Assembly (NCBI GenBank): GCA_964291215.2
Contig: OZ219790.1
Coordinates: 288,001 to 352,000, forward strand
Direction of reading: 5' to 3'
Source: Alphaproteobacteria bacterium
Lineage (GTDB): Bacteria; Pseudomonadota; Alphaproteobacteria; MPNO01; UBA830
Length of the DNA stretch: 64,000 bases
The notes beneath the pieces are model-generated. The model saw only the letters and a list, made by a program, of their open reading frames with translations, was not told the origin of the DNA and made no database searches. This document shows, piece after piece, positions 31,296-42,407 of the stretch (the stretch's first letter is position 1; every line of letters begins with the position of its first letter). The position numbers and the translations under genes were made by a program.

Positions 31296-33485
31296 TCAAC
31301 CCGACGTTATCAGTGCGCGGTAAAGACCGTCGATCTCGATCAGTTCGTCGTGCCGGCCCTCCTGAACAACCCGGCCGCCGTCGAGAACGACGATCCGGTC
31401 GGCGTCCCGGATCGTACTGAGCCGATGGGCAATGATCAGACAGGTACAACCGCGCTGGCGGAGATTGTCGTCGATCTCCATTTCGGTTGCAGGATCGAGT
31501 GCGGCGGTGGCTTCATCGAACACGATGATCTGCGGATTGGGCGCAAGCGCACGGGCAATTTCCAAACGCTGGCGTTGACCGCCGCTCAGATTCCGGCCGC
31601 CTTCCTCTATCGGCGCGTCGTATTTGTCCGGTCGAGCCATGATATCGTCGAGGATGGCGGCATCGCGCAGGGCCTGGGCGACCTGATAGTTGTCGACACT
31701 CGAGTTCCAGAGGGTGATGTTATCCCGCACGCTTCCCTCGAACAAGACGATTTCCTGATCGACATAGGCGACAGTCTCGGCGATGTGGGTGGGGGACAGG
31801 TCCTGCAGCCGGTCGGAATCTATGCGCACCGTGCCGGACCAGGGATTGAGCAGGCCGCAAACCAGCTTGCCGACAGTCGATTTGCCGCTTCCGGATCCGC
31901 CGACCAGGGCAACCCGCTGGCCCGGATTGATCGCAAGGCTGAAATTCTCGATCAGCGGTGCCTCCTGCCGGTTGTGGCCGAAGGTGATATTGTCGAGCGT
32001 GACAAACCCCGAGCAGCGCGGACGTTCGCCCTCGTCGGAACGGCGCATGCCGCGAACGACCCGCCGGTCCGGCTCGTAGTTCAACACGTCGTCGAGCCGC
32101 GCAATATCGGCCTTGACTGTCTGAAGGCTGGCGCCGAACTGGATCAGGCCCTCGATCGGCTGGGAGAAGCTGCGCGCAAGGCTCTGAAAGGCGACCAGCC
32201 CACCGACGGTCAGTACACCCTCCAGAAGGCGCAGACCACCGACGCCCAGAATGGCAACGGTAGCAAGTGCAGTGAGCAGCGGCGGCACGACGTTCAGAAC
32301 GTTTGTCAACCGGCCGAGGTCCTGCTGAGCGGCGACGACGTTGGCATGCATGCCGGACAGGCGCGAGAACAGGTCGCCCTCGGTGCCGTTGGCTTTCAGG
32401 GTTTCGATCATGCTGAGGCCGGCGACCGACGCACCCGCCACCTTGCCCTGTTCCTTGAGCAGGCGACGGCTGGCATTCTCCCGGGCGCGGGAAACCAGTC
32501 GAAGCGCGAACAGGTTGATGACCGCCATCGCGAACACGACGAGCGCCAGGATCGTGTCGTAGGCCAGCATGACGCCCGCATAGGCGATCATGGTGAGCAT
32601 GTTGACGGCATTGGTGGCCAGCTCGCCCGACACGATCCGCGCCACATTGTCGTTCGACGCAACCCGGTTGGAGATGTCGCCCGCGAAACGCTGCGAGAAG
32701 AATGCCATCGGCAGGGTCATGACATGCCAGAAGAACTGCGAGGTCGCGACGAGCGAAAGCTTGGTTTCCATACGCGCGAGACAGTTCTGCTGGAACCAGG
32801 TGAGCAGGCCTTGCAGGACGGTCACGACCGCGAGGCCGATGAGAAGCGGCACGACGAGATTCTCGCTTCTCACGACCAGAACTTCATCCACGAATACCTT
32901 GGAGATCGTCGGCAGCGCAAGCCCTGGAACCAGCAGCGCGAGAGTCGCCAGTACAACGAACAGCAACGCGGTCCGCGCCCGGCCCAGACGGGCGAACAGG
33001 CCCTGCAGCAGACTCGGTCGTGCGCCGCCTCGCTCGAACTTCAGTGTCGGTTGGAAGGCGAGGCAGACCCCGGTGAACCCCTCGTCGAACTCCTGCAGGG
33101 ATATGCGGCGCGGGCCTTCGGCCGGATCGTTGATGTAGACGAAACCGCGTCGGATGCCCTCAAGCACGATGAAATGGTTGAAATGCCAGAACACGATCAT
33201 CGGGAAGGGAAGATCGAACAGGCGTCCCGGATCGCGGCGGAAGCCGCGCGCATCAAAGCCGAGTTCCCTGGCCACCCGCAGCATGTTGACCGCCTTGCTG
33301 CCGTCGCGCGACACGCCGCAGCGCACCCGCAATTCTTCCAACGGCACCCACCTGCCGTAGCGAGCAAGAATCATCGCCAGACAGGCAGCGCCGCATTCCG
33401 TCGCCTCCATCTGCAGGATGGAGGGTACGGCTCGCCTGCCGCCGCGCTTGCGGGACAGGTTCGGGCGTAACTTGGTAGGGCTCAC
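31296..33485 (-). CDS. NHLP export ABC transporter with C39 peptidase
   Basis: QMEATECGAACL, HFNHFIV and INDPAEG catalytic residues intact; ABC motifs. Confidence 0.95.
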   Translation of the reverse strand: MSPTKLRPNLSRKRGGRRAVPSILQMEATECGAACLAMILARYGRWVPLEELRVRCGVSRDGSKAVNMLRVARELGFDARGFRRDPGRLFDLPFPMIVFWHFNHFIVLEGIRRGFVYINDPAEGPRRISLQEFDEGFTGVCLAFQPTLKFERGGARPSLLQGLFARLGRARTALLFVVLATLALLVPGLALPTISKVFVDEVLVVRSENLVVPLLIGLAVVTVLQGLLTWFQQNCLARMETKLSLVATSQFFWHVMTLPMAFFSQRFAGDISNRVASNDNVARIVSGELATNAVNMLTMIAYAGVMLAYDTILALVVFAMAVINLFALRLVSRARENASRRLLKEQGKVAGASVAGLSMIETLKANGTEGDLFSRLSGMHANVVAAQQDLGRLTNVLNVVPPLLTALATVAILGVGGLRLLEGVLTVGGLVAFQSLARSFSQPIEGLIQFGASLQTVKADIARLDDVLNYEPDRRVVRGMRRSDEGERPRCSGFVTLDNITFGHNRQEAPLIENFSLAINPGQRVALVGGSGSGKSTVGKLVCGLLNPWSGTVRIDSDRLQDLSPTHIAETVAYVDQEIVLFEGSVRDNITLWNSSVDNYQVAQALRDAAILDDIMARPDKYDAPIEEGGRNLSGGQRQRLEIARALAPNPQIIVFDEATAALDPATEMEIDDNLRQRGCTCLIIAHRLSTIRDADRIVVLDGGRVVQEGRHDELIEIDGLYRALITSG

Positions 33486-34732
33486 TGTCCGGTCAACTTC
33501 TTCAGCAACGGAATCACCATGGCGATGGGACGCTGGCTTCCGACCTTGACATCGATACTGGCGAGCGTTCCGGGAATCAATGCTTCACTCGCTCCCTTTG
33601 CCGTGGTCCAGGCGAAACCGCTCGCCGTCGATGGATCGGGCGCCAGCGTCACGCGGCTGGCGTATGGCGGCCCGTTCTGCGAAAAGATCTGGGCGAGTTC
33701 CTGATTCTGCAACACGGTGACCATACCGCTGACGCTTGTCGGAAACTCCGATACGTTCTCGACCACACCCTTGACAAAGCCATGCGTCTCCGGCTGCGTG
33801 GTCGCAGGAGAGACCAGCACGCTCATTCCCGACTCGACCCGTTTTCCGTCGGCCGGCGGAATGTACATCAGTACCTCGACTTCTTCGCCCGAGCCGGTCT
33901 TGATACTGAGCACGGGCTGGCCCGCAACGAGTACCGAACCCAGGGCGGCCTTGATCTCGATGACGCCGCCTGAGACCGGCGCAAGGATTTGTTGCGCTTG
34001 CAACCGCGTACGGAGTTCGCGAGCCCGCAGGCGCGCCTCCTGAAGGCGGGTGTCGGCACTGCTCACCTGGACGCGGTGTTCGTGCAGGCGTGTCAACTCC
34101 CGCGCCTCCAGCGTCTCGAGCCGGCGGGTGGTTTCGAACAACTCCTGGACTGCGCGGTCAAAGGCCTGCTGGCTGCGCTCCAGAGTAAGCCGGGTCACGA
34201 CGCGCTCTTTGTAGAGCTGGCGGTGGCTGTCGAGGCGTTCGCGGGCGGTGTCCGCGGCCTGGCGGCCAATGCTCTCCAGCCGTTCAAGGCGAGCCTGCTG
34301 CTTGGCGACATTTTTTTTGAACAGCTGGTCCTCTGCCTCGAACGCCGCCTTGAGATTGTTCAGAGCCCGTTCGCTCTCGTCAACCAGGGTCAGCGCGCTC
34401 CGATAGCGTTCTGTCAAATCGGGATTGATGGTCTTGGCAACGATCTCTCCTTTTTCGACCGATTGACCGACCTTGAAGGGGATATCGGTCAATGTGCCCG
34501 TGTCGGCGGCTACCGCATCAATCACCGTGCCGCCGGTGTTCAGCAGTATTCCGCTGGCACTCACATAATTGGAAACGGTTCCCAGCACCGACCAGGCCAC
34601 CAGCGCGACCACGAATGCGATCAAGGCGCACAGCGCCACCCACTGCCTGGCCGAAACGACCGAAAGTGCACGGTCGATCTTCTCCGGTTCGGACAGCCGG
34701 TCAAGCGCTGCTTTTCTGAACAATTCCGCCAT
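33482..34732 (-). CDS. NHLP system secretion protein (HlyD-like)
   Basis: FRKAALDRLSEPE N-terminus, one TM helix, coiled coil, C-terminal RPIAMVIPLL. Confidence 0.92.
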   Translation of the reverse strand: MAELFRKAALDRLSEPEKIDRALSVVSARQWVALCALIAFVVALVAWSVLGTVSNYVSASGILLNTGGTVIDAVAADTGTLTDIPFKVGQSVEKGEIVAKTINPDLTERYRSALTLVDESERALNNLKAAFEAEDQLFKKNVAKQQARLERLESIGRQAADTARERLDSHRQLYKERVVTRLTLERSQQAFDRAVQELFETTRRLETLEARELTRLHEHRVQVSSADTRLQEARLRARELRTRLQAQQILAPVSGGVIEIKAALGSVLVAGQPVLSIKTGSGEEVEVLMYIPPADGKRVESGMSVLVSPATTQPETHGFVKGVVENVSEFPTSVSGMVTVLQNQELAQIFSQNGPPYASRVTLAPDPSTASGFAWTTAKGASEALIPGTLASIDVKVGSQRPIAMVIPLLKKLTGQ

Positions 34733-34804
34733 GTGTGCACACCAGGGCTCGGTTGCGGACGACGCCCTGACGGCCAAGGCATCGGGTGGGACGGCGAGCC
34801 ATCC

Positions 34805-36181
34805 TTATTTCGTATACACGATCCCGGGAGCGAGTTGCCATTTCGCATCGCGGGCCTCGCGGGCGAGATCGGGCACGCCCGCGATCCCGAGTCTTCGTGA
34901 CGTTAGGGCGCCAACCGCTTCCAGCAGGCGATAGGCTTCGACAATCACGTCGCGTTCAGCCGAAAGCGCACTGATCTGGCGCGTGACGACACGCCGTTCG
35001 GCATCCAGAACTTCCCGTGTCGTTCGCTCTCCGAACTCGGCCTCGCGCTTGATCCCTGCAAGCGCGGCACGTGATGCGTGAACCGCGGTCGCGAAAGCCG
35101 CCTGCCGCTGTCGGGCGGCTTCCAGGTTCCGCCACGCGCTTTCGACCAGTTGCGACGCATTGCGCACCGCATCAAGCCATTCGTTCCGGCGTTGGGCCCG
35201 AAGGTGTCTGGCTCGGCGAATCCGCGGACCTGTCACGCCCGCCTGATAAAGCGGCACGGTCAGTTGCAGCGTCAGGCTCATTTCAGTGTTGTCCGGAAGT
35301 ACCGTTCCGGTTTGTCTCTTGGCCGCAGCCCTGAGGTCGATCCGCGGGCCGAGCTCGGCCGTAGCGACGCGAACCGACGCCTCGGCAACGCGAATCGCGG
35401 CTTCGGCGCCGCGAACGGCGGGCCGCTGCGTCCGGGCTGTCCGGTGTGCTTCCTCCAGGGTCTGCGGCAGGCCGGCCGGCAGGCCGACCGCATCAAGACC
35501 GTCCGGCATCAGGCCGGTCAACCGGAGAAAGCGGGCTCTGTGGACTTTCAGTTCGCTCGTCGCCGCCACCAGTTCCGCTGCGGCAATCTCCCGTTCCGCC
35601 TCGGCCTGCGCGACATCGGCGCCGGTCCGGTCCCCGACATCGTATTGCGCCTTGACGTCGCCAACCTGCGCATCGAGGGCGGCAAGGGACGCTGCACGCA
35701 ACTCCACGACCCGTTTCGCCCGGAGTGTGTCAAGATAGACTGTCACGGCGCGAAGCAGAACGGTCTGTTCGCTGTCTTCCACGGAGGCATGGCTCCTTGA
35801 AACGCCTTCGACAGCCCTTCGGAGCGCAGCGGAGTCGCGGCCGCTGCGAAACAGGTTCTGCGTGATCGAGAATGTCCAGGAGCGCGGAGAAGAATACTGG
35901 GTTCGGTCAGCACCAAGAGGAAAGGACTGGTCGGAGACGGTCCTCTGTCGATTGGCGCTGGCGTTGAACTGGAGCGTGGGCAGCCAGGCGGAAACCGCCT
36001 CGGGCACATCCTGGTGGCGCGCGCGCGCAGCCTCGCGGACGGCGGCCAGACCCGGGTTCGACGCCGCGGCCGCGGCCAGAACCTCCTCGATGGTCAGCGC
36101 CGACGCCGGCGCCGCGGTAACCGCAAGGGCAGTGCCGAGCCAGGCAAGACACGAACCAGCGATGCGCAATCGGAAGTGCAT
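34805..36181 (-). CDS. TolC-family outer membrane protein
   Basis: Signal peptide, TQNLFRSG, TVPLYQAG and GERTTREVLDAE; alternative start at 36322. Confidence 0.9.
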   Translation of the reverse strand: MHFRLRIAGSCLAWLGTALAVTAAPASALTIEEVLAAAAASNPGLAAVREAARARHQDVPEAVSAWLPTLQFNASANRQRTVSDQSFPLGADRTQYSSPRSWTFSITQNLFRSGRDSAALRRAVEGVSRSHASVEDSEQTVLLRAVTVYLDTLRAKRVVELRAASLAALDAQVGDVKAQYDVGDRTGADVAQAEAEREIAAAELVAATSELKVHRARFLRLTGLMPDGLDAVGLPAGLPQTLEEAHRTARTQRPAVRGAEAAIRVAEASVRVATAELGPRIDLRAAAKRQTGTVLPDNTEMSLTLQLTVPLYQAGVTGPRIRRARHLRAQRRNEWLDAVRNASQLVESAWRNLEAARQRQAAFATAVHASRAALAGIKREAEFGERTTREVLDAERRVVTRQISALSAERDVIVEAYRLLEAVGALTSRRLGIAGVPDLAREARDAKWQLAPGIVYTK

Positions 36182-36318
36182 TTTCCTGTAATCAGGTCTT
36201 GTGCGTTTCCGGAGCCTTTGGCGGCGGCCCGAGATCAGGCATATTTCCCGTCGGGCGGATCTCAGCCATCCACCACACGCCCGCCGGGCCGGGCCGCATC
36301 TTGCCATTGCCGTCCGGG

Positions 36319-38614
36319 TCATATGAAGACCGCCACCGGGTTGAGGTCGGCTTCGGCGATGGGCGTTTCGCGCCATCCCATCGCAACCGGTACATCGTAC
36401 AGGCGGCCGGGAGCAAAACGCGGCCAGAAGTGTCGCAATCCCGGCACGATGGTCCGGGCAACCGGCATGCCGATATCCGGCCGCGTCTGGTCGAGTACCA
36501 GAAATTCCATGCCCCTTGCTTCAACCAGCGCCCGGCAGTACTCGACATCATCCTTGATGTCGGTCGTTTGCGGCGCCGAATGGTCCTGGGCCAGACGCTG
36601 CGGTGTCCGCTTGTCCGGCGCAAGATAGGAATGTTCGGCAAGTGTCGCATTGCGCCACCACCAGAGGCATTCCGGATCGTCGTAGAGGTAGCCGTTGCCG
36701 TCGATGTCTACGTCTCGAACGGCGACCAGATACTGGTTCAACTCGCACAGTGCACGGAAGGCGGCAATGCGTGGTTCGAAATGGGCTCCGGCCGAATACA
36801 GGATGTCTTCGGCCTCCTTATCAGTCCGGCGCGACACCGCAACGAATACCGGGATACCGAGATCGGTGGTCGCATCAAGCATTCGGAGATCGCGGTCGAA
36901 GGACCGGTAATACTCGCGCGCGCTGTCGAAATAGGATTCGCCGAAGCTGTCGAAGTCGAGCTCGGGAAGCGACACCCGATTGTACCACCAGCAGGCAAAG
37001 GCATCGCGCTCCACCAGCTCGAAGAATCCCTGGAGAATCGCCTCCTCCAGCGTGTTGCCCGAGGCGCAGCCGTTCGAATCCGGACCGCAATAGACCTGGC
37101 CGTCCTCCAGAGGCGCGGCGAAATAGAGCATGGAAGTGGGCAGGTAGCGGTGACGCCCCCGAGTCATCGACCAGACCGGTGTCCAGTCCATCTCCACGGC
37201 AGGATCGAAGCGCTTCGGGACGTAATCGAATCGCGCTCCGCGCGCGTTGATCTCTTCGGAGTGGTCGTACTGCCAGTCGCTGAAGAGCTGGACCTTGTTG
37301 GGATGGATCGCCTCGCCGTTGCCGAAATCCTCCAGGCGCGCACGGCGGCGGATCTCGTCGCCATGAAAGGCGCCGGAAACGCGTTCGATCGCCTCGCACA
37401 ATGCGCTCGCCTCGGCCTGTTCGGGGCTGGCGCCCTTGCCCGAACTCTTGCTCCTGAGCGTGGCGCGCAGCAAGCGCAGATTGTCGCTCCGCAGTGCTAT
37501 GTTGCTGCCGGACCAGTAGACATGCAGCCACGGGTCCGTTTCGGTCGTGGAACGCACCAGTTGGGTGACCACGCCGCTCACCGGACTGACCAGATGACGG
37601 TAGCGGGCGATCGTCTCTCGAGGCGGCACCGAACGCGAGCCGCCGGAATTGGCCACTGTTCGGGGGCAGGGCTTGAGCATGACCGGAGCCGGCGCCCGGT
37701 CGGGGCGGTAGAGCGCCACGTCACCGCAGACCCCGCATTGCGGTCGGCGGAACACCCGGTGCCGGTCGCTTGCGAGATTGTAGGCATCGACCGAGAACGC
37801 GTGCTCATGAAGCGCCGCCCGCTCCCCGAAGACAATCCACTTGGCAATTTCTAGCGCGGCGAGACCGAGGATTGCCTCGATGAGCGGCATCGGCGCGACG
37901 CAGGAGAGCGCCCCCTCCGCCGGTGCGCAGGAAATTCTCGACCTCGCGATTGCTGCGAAGCCGATGGGCCAGGCAGGCCCAGCACGGCCCGGCGTCGCCG
38001 GGCCGGAAAACCGGACCGAAAAGCGCCGTCAGGCCGCTGGGCGCGACCGGCAACCACGGAACTCTGGACGCCAGGTGACGGTGGTTGGCTGCGGCGCAGT
38101 CGTCACCGAGCAGGTCGTCGCACACGATGACCGAGAGGGTCGGGTTGTCGTCGGTCACGGTGACGCCCATCGCAGCGAGCGCGGCACCGAGGCCGTCGTC
38201 CGTCACCGCAACCCGTACCGCGTCCAGCCGCGCCTCCACCCAGCGCGGCGACGCGCCGCACGCGCTCCAGAAGGCCGCCATTTCCCGGCTGATCGCGGCG
38301 CCTGCGGAGACAATGTAGCCCTTCGACGCCAGCGAGACCAGCGCGGTCTGGACTTCGATCGCCGAATACCGGTCAGCCAGCGCCGCGGCGACTTCGTGGC
38401 GCGAGTGGCTGCCGTCAAGCAACGGCAGGATGTCGATGTAGCGCCGGCCGTGGAGGACGCCGCTGAACGCCTCGGATACGATCAGCGCGGTCATGTCGTC
38501 GTGAATGTGAAAATCGAGATGCGGCGCCAGCATCGGCCACTCGACAAGGCCGCGGTCATCCGCCAGACTGCACGGGATCACGCTCGGGGAGGGAGTAACC
38601 CAATCGACGGCCAT
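36319..38614 (-). pseudogene. Second E1-like/YcaO cyclodehydratase, split by one frameshift
   Basis: ORF 37805-38614 holds the RRE/E1 part (GPCWACL); ORF 36319-37890 holds YcaO (SSGKG, DSNGCASGNTLEEA, ELVERD); together collinear with 40023-42338. Confidence 0.88.
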
Positions 38615-38624
38615 CTCAAGTCAC

Positions 38625-40010
38625 CTACCCGCTGTCCTTCGGCGGACCGCCGAGGATGAAGTCGCCGATAGTACCCTCGATCACCGGATCGAGGCCGGTC
38701 GCCCGTGCGAAACGCGCGGAGTTCCCCGTACCCAAGCCGCACGGGGAAAGACCGAGATCGGTCGCCACGAGATAGAGGGTCTGGTAGAGCGCCCCCACGT
38801 TGCGCAGGATCACCCCATAGGCGATCGATCGGTACTTCCACATGACCCTGGCGAAGCGGGCGCTGAACGCCAGCACGATCTGAGGGTTGGCGAGGTGCCC
38901 GGTCGCCATTCTCGCATCCTCCACGATCGCCTCCACCTCGGTCGTGCGGCCGGCGATCGCGACCAATTCATGCGTCGCTGCGTCGTAGTGGTACAGGCCC
39001 GACTCCAGACCGTCGCAGCGATCGACCACCGGATAGATCTCAAGTTCGTAGCTGGCACCGCCGGCGGGATACGGCCGTCTCGTGAATTCAACATCGCAAG
39101 AAGCCCCCGTGGGATCGCTGACCTGGACCGTGAAGCGTTCGAGAATCCGCGCGGAGCGGTCGAGCAGCGCGCCGAGGTCGGCCACGGAGATCGGACGGGC
39201 CTCGTCATACACCCGCTCTGACCGTCGCCGTTCGAGAATCCGGACGAGCGAGTCTCCTCCGGCGTCGTCCGGCGCAACCGGAAGCGCGATCCGCCGGCCA
39301 GGCCAGGGGGGACGGACGCCAGGCGGCGGATCGATCTGGCTGACGAACGGAAAGAGTCCGCCGATCGGATCACCATGCCAGCCCGGCCGATGATGCCAGT
39401 GATACAGCAGGTCATGAAACTCCCACTGCATCAACGCCTCGCTGCGCGGGTCGGCTTCCGCACGCCCGGTCTCCAGAAAGCCCTCGGCGGCCAGCACCCG
39501 CCGGACAACAGGAACCTCAAGGCGACTCGGATCGGGGAGATGGAAGCGTGTGCCGGACAGCGGAGATTCCAGTATCCAGTCCCGCCCAGAGCGGCGCAGG
39601 CAGGCAAAGCGGTCGAGGCTGGCCTCCGGCGGCGGCATGTCTTCGGCCAGGCGGGGCGCATGACCGTCCCACTGCGGCTGCATCACCGCCTGCTCGCCCG
39701 TCTCGTCGATCACGAGAAGTTCCATCCCGCGAAACCGATAGAGAGTCTGCAGCGCGACAAGATAGGAGGCGGCGCACGAAGGCCCGCCGGCCTCGATGAC
39801 CGCGTCGCGGAGTTCCCTCAGCGGGGCGCCGTCGCGAAGCAACATGTTGGCCGCTTCATAGGCTCGCGCGTAGGGCGCGAAAGGCGGGCCGGTTCCCAGC
39901 ACCGAGTCCTCGATGACAAGGGATCTGCCATCCGCAGACGCTGCCAGCTTTCGCCCGGCGGGCAGGCGGGCGAGGATCGCGGGCTCCCTGAGCAGATCGA
40001 AAAATCCCAT
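38625..40010 (-). CDS. SagB/ThcOx-type FMN-dependent azoline dehydrogenase
   Basis: WEFHDLLYH, RRRSER, RPYPAGGASYELE, the MWKY Lys-Tyr motif and LSPCGLG. Confidence 0.92.
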   Translation of the reverse strand: MGFFDLLREPAILARLPAGRKLAASADGRSLVIEDSVLGTGPPFAPYARAYEAANMLLRDGAPLRELRDAVIEAGGPSCAASYLVALQTLYRFRGMELLVIDETGEQAVMQPQWDGHAPRLAEDMPPPEASLDRFACLRRSGRDWILESPLSGTRFHLPDPSRLEVPVVRRVLAAEGFLETGRAEADPRSEALMQWEFHDLLYHWHHRPGWHGDPIGGLFPFVSQIDPPPGVRPPWPGRRIALPVAPDDAGGDSLVRILERRRSERVYDEARPISVADLGALLDRSARILERFTVQVSDPTGASCDVEFTRRPYPAGGASYELEIYPVVDRCDGLESGLYHYDAATHELVAIAGRTTEVEAIVEDARMATGHLANPQIVLAFSARFARVMWKYRSIAYGVILRNVGALYQTLYLVATDLGLSPCGLGTGNSARFARATGLDPVIEGTIGDFILGGPPKDSG

Positions 40011-40022
40011 CCGCTCCTCCAG

Positions 40023-42338
40023 TCAGACGAACACGGCGACCGGGTTCAGATCGGTTTCCGCGGTCGGCTCTGCAAGCCAGCCCATCTTGACCGGCACGTC
40101 ATAGAGACGCCCCGGGGCGAACCGCGCCCAGAAATGCCTCATGCCCGGCACGATGGTTCGGGCGACCGGCATGCCGATATCCGGCCGGGTCTGGTCCAGG
40201 ACCAGGAATTCCATGCCGAGGTCCTCGACCAGAGATCGGCAATGCTCGACATCCTCGCGCGTATCGAAGGTCCGGGGAACGGGATAGTGTTCCACGCATC
40301 GCTCGGGCAGGACGGAGTCCGGCAACAGGTAGGGATGTTCGGTGACGCGGGCGTTCTTCCACCACCACAGGCTTTCGGGGTCGTCGAAGAGATAGCCGGT
40401 CCCGTCGGCCTTCACGTCCCGGACTGCGGTTAATTGCTGGTTCAGTTCGCACACCGCCCTCATGCCCGCGATACGGGGATCCAGGTGGGCGCCGGCGGCA
40501 AACAGGATATCCTCCTGGTCCTTATCCGTTCGACGCGATACCGCAGCGAACACCGGAATGCCGATATCGTGGGTCAGGTCGATCATCCAGAGATCGCGGT
40601 TGCAGGCGGCGTAGTAGTCGCGCGCTTCCGAAAGGTAGGCGTCGTCGAAGCTGTCGAGCGCCACCGCGGGGCGCCGGAGCCGGTTGTACCACCAGCAAGC
40701 GAAGGCATCGCGTTCCACCAGTTCCAAGAATCCCTGCAGGATGGCCTCCTCCAGGGTGTTGCCGGCCGCACAGCCGTTCGTATCCGGGCCGAAGAACGGC
40801 TCGTCATGTTCCTGGGGCATGGAGAAATACAGCATCCCGGTGGGCAGGTGGCGGTGACGCTCCTGCGTCAACGACCAGACCGGGGACCAGCTCATCTCCA
40901 CGGTCGGGTCGAAACGCGCCGGGACATAGGCGAATTTCCGTTTCAGTGCATTGAGTTCCGCGGCGTGGTCGTACTGCCAGTCGCTGTAGTGCAGGACCGT
41001 TTCCGGGCGGATGGCTTCGCCTTTGCGAAAATCCGCGAAGCTGGTCCGGCGGCGGATTTCGTCGCCGCGGTAAGCGCCGGAATACCGCTCGATAGCTTCG
41101 CACAGCGCGCTCGCCTCGGCCTGATCGGGCGTGCTCCCCTTGCCGGAATTGAGGGAGCGGATGCTGGCTCGCAACGCCAGCAGGTTGCGCGGCTGCATCG
41201 CGAGGTTAGCGCCGGCCACATTGACATGCAGCCAGGAATCCCGCTCGTCGGTGATGCGCAGCAACCGATTCACCGCCCCGGTGACCGGACTGACGAGGTG
41301 TCGGTACCGGTGCAAGGTGTCCTGCGGCGGCACGGAGCGAAAACCGCCGCTGGTGCGTACCGGTTTCGGGCTGGGGGCGAGACGCAGCGGCGAAGCCGGC
41401 CGGTCCGGGCGATACAGCGCCGGGTCGCCGCATGACCGGCACTGCGGCCGCTGCATGACCGGATGGATAGTGGTCTTCATGCCCAGTGCTTCCAACGCCA
41501 TGGTATGGCGGTGGAGCGTGGCGCTTTCGCCGAAGACGACCCATTTGGCGAGTTCCAGGGCTGCCAACCCGATCACGACGCCGGACAGGCTGTCCGGCGT
41601 ATTTGCGGGGAATGCGAACCCGGCCGGGAGGCTGCGCAGATAGCTTGCGACCTCGACATTGCTGCTGATCCGGTTCGCGAGACAGGTCCAGCACGGTGCG
41701 TCCTTCTGACCGGGGCGAAACACCGGACCGAACAGGGAAAACACACCCGCAGGCTTCACCAGAGCCCACGGAACGCTCGACTCAAGATGCCGGCGGTTGG
41801 TCCGCGCATGAGCGTCGTCCAGGTAATCGTCCGTGACGACGACCGAAAGCGTCGGCTTGTCCGGCCCAACGGTCAGTCCGAGACCTGCGAGCGCCGCGCC
41901 GAGCCGACCGTCGTCTCCCGACACCGCAATCCGGGCGGCGCTGAGACACTGCTCGGCCCATCTCGGCGTGGCCCCCTGCGAGCACCAGAACGCAGCGGAC
42001 ACCCTGTCCATGGCGAAGTCGGCCGAGACGACGCAACCCTTGGCCGCAAGCGAAACCATGGCGGTCTGAACGCGCAGTGCCGAATGTCGCCCCGACAGTT
42101 CGGCGGCGATCTCGCGACGGGTATGCCCGCTCTCCAGCAGCGGCGCGAGGTCGCGATACAAATCTCCGGCCAGAAGAACGCTGGCGGTCTCGGACGCCAA
42201 AAGAAGGGCTCCGTCCTCCGAAAGGCGGGAAGCAAGATGAGGTGCGAGCAACGGCCTTTCTATGATGCCACGGTCAAGTTCGGTGAACCGTTGCGGCGGC
42301 GCGAATGCAGGCTTCCACCTCATTTGATCGACAGACAC
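40023..42338 (-). CDS. Fused E1-like/YcaO cyclodehydratase (TOMM C-D fusion)
   Basis: 771 aa; PCWTCL, RPQCRSCG, NSGKG, EAIER and DTNGCAAGNTLEEAILQGFLELVERDA. Confidence 0.95.
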   Translation of the reverse strand: MSVDQMRWKPAFAPPQRFTELDRGIIERPLLAPHLASRLSEDGALLLASETASVLLAGDLYRDLAPLLESGHTRREIAAELSGRHSALRVQTAMVSLAAKGCVVSADFAMDRVSAAFWCSQGATPRWAEQCLSAARIAVSGDDGRLGAALAGLGLTVGPDKPTLSVVVTDDYLDDAHARTNRRHLESSVPWALVKPAGVFSLFGPVFRPGQKDAPCWTCLANRISSNVEVASYLRSLPAGFAFPANTPDSLSGVVIGLAALELAKWVVFGESATLHRHTMALEALGMKTTIHPVMQRPQCRSCGDPALYRPDRPASPLRLAPSPKPVRTSGGFRSVPPQDTLHRYRHLVSPVTGAVNRLLRITDERDSWLHVNVAGANLAMQPRNLLALRASIRSLNSGKGSTPDQAEASALCEAIERYSGAYRGDEIRRRTSFADFRKGEAIRPETVLHYSDWQYDHAAELNALKRKFAYVPARFDPTVEMSWSPVWSLTQERHRHLPTGMLYFSMPQEHDEPFFGPDTNGCAAGNTLEEAILQGFLELVERDAFACWWYNRLRRPAVALDSFDDAYLSEARDYYAACNRDLWMIDLTHDIGIPVFAAVSRRTDKDQEDILFAAGAHLDPRIAGMRAVCELNQQLTAVRDVKADGTGYLFDDPESLWWWKNARVTEHPYLLPDSVLPERCVEHYPVPRTFDTREDVEHCRSLVEDLGMEFLVLDQTRPDIGMPVARTIVPGMRHFWARFAPGRLYDVPVKMGWLAEPTAETDLNPVAVFV

Positions 42339-42407
42339 TACGACAACCCATCCGATGACTAGACTGGCGCAGGAGAGTGGAAAAAGCGAATAGGCGTCCC
42401 GACTTCC

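Noticed and set aside
31194-33470. 758-aa plus-strand ORF, and similar long ORFs at 30047, 36199, 13501 and 20967
   Set aside because: Antisense or alternate-frame shadows of well-supported genes in high-GC DNA; no motifs.
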